A stretch of 64,000 bases of DNA from Chrysomallon squamiferum (taxonomy: Eukaryota; Animalia; Mollusca), in contig CM022671.1 of NCBI GenBank assembly GCA_012295275.1, positions 496,001-560,000 of the forward strand. The letters run 5' to 3'. The notes below the pieces were generated by a model. That model searched no databases. It was not told the DNA's origin and was given only the letters and a program-made list of their open reading frames with translations. Shown here one piece after another: positions 53,135 to 64,000 of the stretch. The position numbers and the translations under genes are program-made. The first letter of the stretch is position 1, and each line of letters begins with the position of its first letter.

Positions 53135-55997
53135 TATTTTGTTCAGATGTGTACTGTGTTACAGTTTGTGTTACTGTGTATTTATCTGATTGTTACTGTG
53201 TTGTTCAGATGTATACTGTGTGTTATAGTTTGTGTTACTGTGTATTTATGTTACTGTGTGTTGTTCGGATGTGTACTGTGTTAGTTTGTGTTACTGTGTA
53301 TTTCTAATTATCTCATTGTCACTGTGTGTTGTTCAGATGTGTACTGTGTGTTACAGTTTGTGTTACTGAGTATTTATCTGATTGTTACTGTGTGTTGTTC
53401 AGATGTGTACTGTGTTACAGTTTGTGTTACTGTGTATTTCTAATTATCTCATTATTACTGTGTTGTTCAGATGTGTACTGTGTTACAGTTTGTGTTACTG
53501 TGTATTTATCTGATTGTTACTGTTGTTCAGATGTGTACTGTGTTACAGTTTGTGTTACTGTGTATTTATCTGATTGTTACTGTTGTTCAGATGTGTACTG
53601 TGTTAGTTTGTGTTACTGTGTATTTATCTGATTGTTACTGTTGTTCAGATGTGTACTGTGTTAGTTTGTGTTACTGTGTATTTCTAATTATCTCATTATT
53701 ACTGTGTTGTTCAGATGTGTACTGTGTTAGTTTGTGTTACTGTGTATTTATCTGATTGTTACTGTTGTTCAGATGTGTACTGTGTTACAGTTTGTGTTAC
53801 TGTGTTTTGTTCAGATTTATCTGATTGTTACTGTGTGTTGTTCAGATCTGTACTGTGTTACAGTTTGTTACTGTGTATTTATCGGATTGTTACTGTTTGT
53901 GTTACTGTGTATTTCTAATTATCTGATTGTTATTTTATGTTCAGATCTGTACTGTGTTAGTTTGTGTTACTGTGTATTTCTAATTATCTGATTGTTACTG
54001 TGTGTTGTTCAGATCTGTACTGTATTACAGTTTGTGTTACTGTGTATTTCTAATTATCTGATTGTTACTGTGTGTTGTTCAGATCTGTACTGTGTTACAG
54101 TTTGTGTTACTGTGTATTTCTAATTATCTGATTGTTACTGTGTGTTGTTCAGATCTGTACTGTGTTAGTTTGTGTTACTGTGTATTTCTAATTATCTGAT
54201 TGTTACTGTGTGTTGTTCAGATCTGTACTGTATTACAGTTTGTGTTACTGTGTATTTCTAATTATCTGATTGTTACTGTGTGTTGTTCAGATCTGTACTG
54301 TATTACAGTTTGTGTTACTGTGTATTTATCTGATTGTTACTGTGTGTTGTTCAGATCTGTACTGTATTACAGTTTGTGTTACTGTGTTTTTATTGGATTG
54401 TTACAGTCTGTGTTACTGTGTATTTATCTGATTGTTACTGTGTGTTGTTCAGATCTGTACTGTATTACAGTTTGTGTTACTGTGTATTTCTAATTATCTG
54501 ATTGTTACTGTGTGTTGTTCAGATCTGTACTGTATTACAGTTTGTGTTACTGTGTATTTCTAATTATCTGATTGTTACTGTGTGTTGTTCAGATCTGTAC
54601 TGTGTTACTGTGTATTTCTAATTATCTGATTGTTACTGTGTGTTGTTCAGATCTGTACTGTGTTACAGTTTGTGTTACTGTGTATTTCTAATTATCTGAT
54701 TGTTACTGTGTGTTGTTCAGATCTGTACTGTATTACAGTTTGTGTTACTGTGTATTTATCTGATTGTTACAGTCTGTGTTGTTACTGTGTATTTATTATC
54801 TGATTGTTACTGTGTGTTGTTCAGATCTGTACTGTATTACAGTTTGTGTTACTGTGTATTTATTATCTGATTGTTACTGTGTGTTGTTCAGATCTGTACT
54901 GTGTTATCTGTTGTTACTGTGTGTTGTTCAGATCTGTACTGTGTTACAGTTTGTGTTACTGTGTATTTATCTGATTGTTACTGTGTGTTGTTCAGATCTG
55001 TACTGTATTACAGTTTGTGTTACTGTGTATTTCTAATTATCTGATTGTTACTGTGTGTTGTTCAGATCTGTACTGTGTTACTGTGTATTTCTAATTATCT
55101 GATTGTTACTGTGTGTTGTTCAGATCTGTACTGTGTTACAGTTTGTGTTACTGTGTATTTCTAATTATCTGATTGTTACTGTGTGTTGTTCAGATCTGTA
55201 CTGTGTTACAGTTTGTGTTTCTAATTATCTGATTGTTTGTGTTGTGTTACAGTTTGTGTTTCTAATTATCTGATTGTTACTGTGTGTTGTTCAGATCTGT
55301 ACTGTGTTACAGTTTGTGTTACTGTGTATTTCTAATTATCTGATTGTTACTGTGTGTTGTTCAGATCTGTACTGTGTTACAGTTTGTGTTACTGTGTATT
55401 TATCTGATTGTTACTGTGTGTTGTTCAGATCTGTACTGTGTTACAGTTTGTGTTACTGTGTATTTCTAATTATCTGATTGTTACTGTGTGTTGTTCAGAT
55501 CTGTACTGTGTTACTGTGTATTTCTAATTATCTGATTGTTACTGTGTGTTGTTCAGATCTGTACTGTGTTACAGTTTGTGTTACTGTGTATTTATCTGAT
55601 TGTTACTGTGTGTTGTTCAGATCTGTACTGTGTTACAGTTTGTGTTACTGTGTATTTATCTGATTGTTACTGTGTGTTGTTCAGATCTGTACTGTGTTAC
55701 AGTTTGTGTTACTGTGTATTTCTAATTATCTGATTGTTACTGTGTGTTGTTCAGATCTGTACTGTGTTACAGTTTGTGTTACTGTGTATTTCTAATTATC
55801 TGATTGTTACTGTGTGTTGTTCAGATCTGTACTGTGTTACAGTTTGTGTTACTGTGTATTTCTAATTATCTGATTGTTACTGTGTGTTGTTCAGATCTGT
55901 ACTGTGTTACAGTTTGTGTTACTGTGTATTTCTAATTATCTGATTGTTACTGTGTGTTGTTCAGATCTGTACTGTGTTACAGTTTGTGTTACTGTGT
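53135..55997. repeat. Minisatellite array of about 2.9 kb, 60/64/70-bp unit variants, about 40 or more copies
   Basis: 70-bp unit tgattgttactgtgtgttgttcagatctgtactgtgttacagtttgtgttactgtgtatttctaattatc; 60-bp period at 53461-53581 and 64-bp period at 55561-55625. Confidence 0.98.
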
Positions 55998-57628
55998 TTG
56001 TAGTCTTAGCTGATCTCCACTCTCTGGGTCCAGAAAACTACAGCAAGTTATTGATCCATTTATGTCGATCCATTACACTGAAGAATATAATGCTTCCAGC
56101 CAATGGCAGTTCTAATCTTGATTAAATATTAGAACCATATATCAATGATTTGTCAATTTAAACCACATAAATTTTGAGTTTTGCTACACATAATTTTATT
56201 TTATTAAGATTTAGCTGTTTAGAAAATGCTAACACTTCATTTTATGCAAAGCATATGATTAATCTATTTCAACTTAATTTTAATTGGTCAGAATTCAGGC
56301 TAAATGTTGACAAAGTTCTAAATTTTAGTGGGTATTTTTTATTGTTTTTTTAAGTCATTTCTGACATTAATTTAAAAATGATAAAAAAATAAACTAGAAA
56401 TAATTGGAGGCAGGAGTGGATACTTTCAAGTTGTATAGGTTATATGAGTATATCCATATGTGAATTCTTCTAAGTTTTTGAACGTATGTCTGTGTATATC
56501 TGTGAGTGCATGTTTGCATGTATTTGTTGTTGACTAGTATAAATTCATAGCCGATTACTGATATTTGCTGTATTAAAACACTGAGACAGAACTGTTGTGT
56601 AACTGATTATTATTCAGGTTCAGGCTTGATGCATTAGGCTGATTGCTGCACAGTGTGTATGCACAGCTAAGGAGCCATTAGATAAATAATTAAATCTGAC
56701 AGAACTGAAAAGCTACTATTATTATTTTTTTTTTTTTTTTCAAGAATTCAATGAAGTGGAATCAAAATTGAATTTATTCAGTGTGCATACTTTGCCTTAC
56801 ATTATTTTACCTTTTAGAATCATCTACAAAGTGCCACCTCACTTTTAAACTGTTATAACTTCTTTTTTTCAGTTAAATAGAAGTTCCAGTTACAAAAGAA
56901 GATTAAATTTAAAGACAACAAAGCATTAAAGAACAAGAACAACCAAAAAATGATAAATGTGTAATGTATTTTTGAAACACTGCAAGGATAAAATAGTGAA
57001 ATTATGACCACTACCTCAGTTTCAGCATTTTTACAGCATCTTCCTTTAAACAGACATTCCATTAAATGAAAATATATTCATGTCAATATTTTATGGCCAA
57101 TACTTCAAATAAACTGATTTTGCAGGAAATACATTTATAATGGTGTGAATTCTTTAAAAACCATACCATTTAGATTATTTGAACATTAGTTACATCTTGT
57201 AGCTTTAGTGGGCTATTAAATCATCACTGCAGAATATGATTTCACTATTTTCACAATAACTGTTTTGGTGAAAATACTTTCTCCTGCTGTAACGAAATGC
57301 ACCTGAACACTAACACTTGCTGTGTGACCATGCATGGTTGAGCTGGTATGTACTGAACAGGCCCAATGAATGAGGATTTCATCGATTGTGAAATTGATCT
57401 CGACATAAGCAGCACTTGGTCTGCACGAATCCATAATAAAACTCACTTATGTTTGCTTTGAACAGTTTATGTAGTTAGCTGCTCTTCTCCACTTTGTGCC
57501 CACTCTTCAGATATGAAGCAGAGTTAACATAATGATTTAAAAGCTTTCAAATGCAATTATAAACTATTCTCAATTCATTACTACATTTCCTTTTTTGCAG
57601 ACAAGACAAACTGTTTGACAAACAAGAA

Positions 57629-57667
<39 letters not shown>

Positions 57668-57926
57668 GGTACGTTTAAAATATTTTTTAAAGTTTTGTCC
57701 AAAAATGACTCAATATTCTTCTAATTTTATTGTTATGGAGTTTAAATTTTATTTGTTCCAAATATCCTACTTGTAATTGCTGATGCTGTTATGTATCATT
57801 CTTAATTTGATATTACCAAAATGTTTTTCTTCTCAGAACCACCACACATAAAAACACACACAAACAAAACAACAAAAAAACTGATTCGGTTTTTCTCTTC
57901 AAGAACACAATAAATTTAAATATTCA

Positions 57927-57959
<33 letters not shown>

Positions 57960-58208
57960 GTAAAGTGAAATTAAATTGGTAGAAACAGTTTAATAACACA
58001 GAAATATAATATTCTAAATTAATAAAAGCATTGAAGAGCTAAAATGTCTGTATCAATAACAGTTGCTTTTCAATTCTGATTTTTTTCTCTCCTTTCTTTA
58101 AATAAAGATTTTGTCACTGAGTCTTCTAGCAAATCTTCTCCTCCATTTCTATCCACAAAAATACCAACACTCTCACCTCTGGCTATCTTTTTCTTTCCTT
58201 TTTTTTTT

Positions 58209-58249
<41 letters not shown>

Positions 58250-58433
58250 AAATAATGAAAATATTAAAATCAATATATAAAATGTTTCAATCAGAATGTG
58301 AAAAAAAGATTATTTTTTTTATTCTCTTCAAATGATGAGAAAATTACTCTGCACAATACTCAATTACATCAACATGGGTGCTAAAAAGGAAATCAGATGT
58401 AATTTCAGTCTTCATTACTTTTAAGAAACAAAA

Positions 58434-58465
<32 letters not shown>

Positions 58466-59044
58466 GATTTAAAAAAATGTCTTGTTATGTTTAACACAAA
58501 ATAAACTGATGGTACCAATACAATTCACGTTCTTTTACAACATGATAATATTTATTTAACAATCTTTATTCAAATTAATAAAATTAGCTCATGTTGACTG
58601 TGACTCCAATATACTCCCTTGATATGTGGAAATATCTATGATGATTCTTTGCAAAAAACAACAATTATTACTTTATTACTATCAGCAGGCACAGATTCCT
58701 AAATGCTTGCAACCAAACAAACTCATACAATTTTTTTTATATTAATGATTAATGTTGTGCATATGATTCTGTAAGAAGCAACAGATCAGTTACTCTTACA
58801 GATTAAGAAATAGTTCTGAAATAGTTCTGTCGCATGGCAGACTGGCTAGCAGTTTGTGCACTAAAACAGTGCAAATCTAACCTATGAATTTTCACTCTAA
58901 AGCCACCTCATTAATGCAATGCTTTGTTATTTCCTGATCTATGCAGTGCAGTGATTTATTTATCACAACATTGATGTATACCTTCCTTCATATGGGAAGA
59001 TGGCATAAAAAAGATTGTTTGATGCTAATGATATCTCTGTTAAA

Positions 59045-59082
<38 letters not shown>

Positions 59083-60296
59083 ACATAATAACCATTCATA
59101 ATTCAATATTAAAATTCCTTCTGTTGGAAAGGGAAAAAGTACAGATGCATCAAAGAAAACATATCTTCCAATTATTAAATCTCAAACAAGCTATTATTGG
59201 CAAGTATCAGTGAAGATAATCCTCCATACCAATCTACACAGATAATCTGATAATCACAGAGTTAAAAGTGTTAACTTTATTTCTTACATGCTGAAAACCA
59301 AAAAAACACAAAAAACAAACTCATCAACATAATATGAATTATCTTGACACGATCTGACACTTTCTTCTTTTACGTTTGCTGTGTGTGTGTGTGTGATTGT
59401 GTGCATGCGTGCTTCAATTTATCATATTTCAGCTTCAATTTATCATATTTCAGCTTTATTCTAAAGCAGCTCATGCAAGCTTTTCTCAACAATCAAAGTA
59501 CATATGTGATGTTTAGCTCTAGGACAACATTTTCTTTCAAATATTTAAGTTCATTTGTTTGCATCTAAATCCAATTAGAACAGGAACACTTGGGCATGAA
59601 TCCAGAAGTAAACAACAAACGTAAACTGCAGACAGTTTAATAATCATGTGAAAGGGAAATTAGAATTCATACTTCAAGTTAAGAGAAACAAACCTTGGCT
59701 CTGTTGGTTTAAAGTCAATGGACTTTTCCTAAACAAACCTATTATTTTGTTTACAAAATACTGTTGTTTTTGTTCCTAGTAACAACACCTCTGTGATGTT
59801 TATTACAATACTATTTCAGCCAAAGTATTTGTTTTATTACCCATTAGAAGTGATAGTTTTAACAGCTGCACAGAACTAGTGCTTAATAATGCTTGTTTAT
59901 CTGCCTCTTATCTACCAAGTATGACAGTACAGTTATGGGGTTGACAAAAGCTATACATTTACATTTAAACTTTGCTCTAAAGAAAGAGTTAAATAATGGA
60001 GGTATAAATAACTTCAAATTCCTGTTTAATATGCATTACCTTGATGAAAAGAATGTGGCAAAAACTGTCAGCAAACAGTTACTGATGTAGCTTTTTTCTC
60101 AAAGTGCTATCTACAACTCTGTTCTGGTTGCCTAGTGTGGACAACAGGAAAACAAAGGAAGGTAAGAAGTAGGTGACAGAAAGACAACTGAGGGAGCAAT
60201 ATTTAACATGTATGGAAGTAAGTGTACACCATATCTCTATATCTAATTAATAATTCTTGTGTTTATCAAAACTGTATTATCAGGACTATTACAGTC

Positions 60297-60349
<53 letters not shown>

Positions 60350-63300
60350 GTAAATAAATAAATAAAAACAAGAACTAAGTTTAATAAAATTATAAACTTT
60401 AAAATACAAAATAAAAAAATTAAAGTAACTAAATAATAATAATAATAATAATAATAAATTATAATTAAAAAACAACAATATCTCCCTACCCCCAATTTTG
60501 TGCCACAAATTTCTGTATAACTCTACATGAGATATGTCTTATGATAAAGTTACAGACTGAATACAAACGTAAGCAAACTCAGGCTACAAAACATGTAACA
60601 TTTTGCAAAGCTGTAAACTAATCAGAAAAATGTACTTGAACATGTTGTAAACAGACTGAAGATGAAGAGTAATTATACAGTTTAATTACTCTGGTCTGGT
60701 GCAGGCTAACTCCAACCTATTAGTGATGAATGTTTGTCTGTTTAATAATATCTCAATATACTGTATTATTAATGATTATTATTACAGACTCACTAAAACG
60801 ATTCACTGGTTGTTGTCATCAGTCAGCAATAATATATAGTTTTATGTATACCTTCCCATATACAGGAAAGCAAATGCTAGATAACCTTGGGGTTAAACGA
60901 GGGGCAACAAAAAATAGTTTAATAAGAAATAGCACTTTGGTCCACCAAGGAAAATTAACCTTTATTGGGCCTCATCATACAGCTCCTTAAAACTAATTCT
61001 GATTCTAAAAGTAGTGAAAAAAAAAAATAGTGGATAAAAAAGGTTAATTTTAATATCCACAGCCAAAAAACAGCAATTTAGATTTATTAGCTAATTACAC
61101 ATATCACTTTCGAGATGTAAATAATATTTAACTGTTCAAAAATACAGTAAAAAAACAACTAAAGCAACTGCACAAGAAAAGAAAACATTTGGTTAATGAA
61201 GTGCATGAAGTTATCAAAATAAATATTTAATTTTTTTACCTACTGAGAAAGACACAAATCTGAACATCAGAAGTGTCTAATAGGCATTAAGCAATCACAC
61301 AAATTATCTAAATAATAAAGTATTTAACAGATGTAATTTATAGTTTGTAGTTAACTGTCAATGTGATTACTGAGCTATATTCTATTCCAGCCACAATCCC
61401 ATGACTTTTTACTAAATGTTATGGTATGTGCATTCCTATCTATATTAAGGTGAATTTAGAAGTTAATTAACAAGAATAATGGCAGTAGATTTATTTTCTT
61501 GTATTATTATGTATGACGTACGTATTTATATCTTAACAGTAACAAATGTGTTGTAGTGTCTTGTAACTATTAGTTCATTAATGAAAATGAAATTTAAAAA
61601 AAGATTATTTAAAATAATAAATAATAAGCTGCATTTTGTTGTTTCTATATAAACTGTTATTCAGTGTAAAGTGTCTTCCCTTCTGCCAAACAAATGAGAA
61701 AAGCTACATTTATCCTGCGGAAATCAATCCTAACTTAATTGATTTACACCAAATGCAAATGCAATTCAACTGCTGATGGGATTCTGGAGAAGCTTACAAG
61801 ATTATAAGATTTGCATTATTTCTCTCCATGCTTCAGTGATGTTTACACTTAATAAACCATGCACAGATTATTTCAGATACTTGAAACAAACTTCAATTAA
61901 GAACAGTTTACCAGAATTAAGTTTTCTGTATCTTTACTTCTGTTTGCATTTTGACATAAAATGCCCTTACAGACCATGGAAATGAAATTATTATTTTTAT
62001 ATATAACTTTCAGGAACCATTACACATTATATCTCAGTTTATTTTATATATATATATAGCTATATACACATACATATACATACATACATAACCAAAAAAA
62101 CAGACAAATATATATGCATACATACATACATACATACATATATACCTTTATATATAACACACATGCATATAGACATACATTCCTTTATATAAACCACATA
62201 TAAACATGCATTTGTCAATGTATCCATGCTTTTGTAATTACATAAAAATACAAACACATATACTACACTACACACACAGACTTCCATACACACACATGGT
62301 CATTAGTAATATCCAAGCTGTTGCAGCCATCAACTGTAGCAGTAATTTATGGTAATATCTCTGAATTAAAACATAATTCATGAAGCAAGGCATAATTATA
62401 CACAACAGCAACAGAATTATCTAGCTTATTACAGTGTTATTTCAAATAACTAATATCATTATGTTCATGTTCTTGCTGTTATTACTAGTTGATAAAACTA
62501 TGCTTTAAATTCCTTGATTAAAACTTTCCTTAAACACTCACACAACATATTTTTACAGAGAGATGTCCTTTTATTTAGTTACAGTGCAAATATTTACTGC
62601 ATTTTTCATCTGTCTTCTTTTTGAGTTTTATATTATCATATTTGTTACAAATGTTAGTGGATTGGAATTTGTATCTAGTTTGGTTTTAGATAATTTAACA
62701 AAATTCATGAAATCTGCAATACATGCATCAGTGAAAAAACCCCATAGAGTCCCCATTACTGCTGAGGAAAGTTAGATTTTCATCTTGTCTGTGTGCAAAT
62801 CCATACAAGTCATGTTCACATGTGAGAGCTCTTTTACTTAAAATTAAAAAACACTGAAGCATTTCAAGAAGAGAATATCACAAATGTGTTTAATATAAAA
62901 GAATCCATGGTCCAGAAATTTTCCTATACAAGCTGTCCTGTACACAAGCTTAGAAATATAAACCAAATTATGTTTGGTGTATGAACACTGATGTCATTTT
63001 GTAACTAGGGCAAAATATACATTACTCAAAATCAACCTGCTGATTTCCACTTAGTGCTGATTAAAACTATATAGTCATAAAATTGTTACAATTTTTAATA
63101 AAAAATTTTTATCAAAAACAAATTCTTCAATGCATTTCAGTAACATTTTGTATGAGATAAATATTTAACTTTCAATTAACATTTTTTACACAAATCCTTG
63201 AAATACTGTCAGTAATGCATTCTTGTTTCCATGAACTACAAAAATTACTTATGAATTTTAAATGAATTTAGTCAGCCATGTGCATGTAGGATATATACAT

Positions 63301-64000
63301 CAGTCCTTGAATGATAGCCGATTTCTTTTTTTCAAAAAATCAAGTCATAAGTTATGTGACATTCTACAACTTCCAGTTCCTTACAATTGCCACTGTCCTC
63401 GTTGGTCGTGAAATGCACCTAAATCACAATGAGTACATCTATCTGAGTCTGCATCTATCACTGTCCTCACATGGGGCCAGACTTTTTAACCACCTCTTGC
63501 AATTATTTCCTTTACTCTGGAGCATTTTCCTACAACTCTCTGCAGCAGTCTAGAACACAGACAGGGATCAATAGAAACAGAAACAAAAGAAAGAAAACGT
63601 CTCAGCTGCAATGAGCACATAATACATTATGTTCATTCTCAAGCAGATTATTCCCAAGTCTCGTACATCTATATATGTGACTATCTGGATCAACACATGA
63701 CACAGCCACTGCCACCAAAACCCAGTAACAATGAGTCAGATTCTAAAGCACTCATTACATATTTACACATTTGGACTGAAGACGAGATTTCAGTAATGAG
63801 ATTGGTCACATTTTTGCTATTAATCATGAATGATTGGCAAAGGAAGCCATACTCCTCAGTATCATGTTTGAATTTCTTATCCCAGGAGACTCCTACATTG
63901 CACATGCCTGTCAAAGTGACCCAATCCAATAGCAGAATTGTCTGCTGTTCTGAAAGCAAAAGTGTTCAGCTTTCAAAGAATCCTGTAGAATGGAAACATT

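Noticed and set aside
11001-55997. Three tandem arrays as CRISPR arrays
   Set aside because: Units are contiguous with no unique spacers, there are no cas genes, and the context is a eukaryotic intron
53048-56125. Cys/Val-rich ORFs in the 53-56 kb array
   Set aside because: They are translations of the minisatellite in several overlapping frames with frequent stops
57216-57446. 76-aa minus-strand ORF with moderately complex sequence
   Set aside because: It starts at GTG, resembles no family I recognise, and has no convincing exon boundaries
18396-59453. Short perfect duplications (18396-18427, 58808-58829, 59411-59453)
   Set aside because: Ordinary slippage duplications with no sign of function

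Overview
AT-rich, CpG-poor animal genomic DNA, probably invertebrate (a mollusc is plausible but not established). The whole window lies inside one minus-strand gene encoding a GRK2/GRK3-subfamily (beta-adrenergic receptor kinase-like) G protein-coupled receptor kinase. I traced 11 coding exons by hand. They correspond to vertebrate GRK2 exons 4-15, with exons 10 and 11 present as a single exon, and they splice into one uninterrupted frame covering most of the RH domain and the kinase domain. Exons 1-3 were not found and probably lie beyond position 64000; the downstream exons lie before position 1. Notable gene features are a GC-AG intron with an atypical donor, the missing exon 10/11 intron, a 4-aa insertion near the Gaq-binding surface and possible tandem splice sites. 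The introns hold three young minisatellite arrays (one with 25/50/75-bp higher-order structure), older decayed repeats, tRNA-like SINE relics, a possible Tigger-like transposon end and many microsatellites. Nearly all ORF-track entries are artefacts. I found no convincing new biological system; the best leads are splicing oddities. Comparisons with human GRK2 exon sizes and residues are from memory, not from a search.
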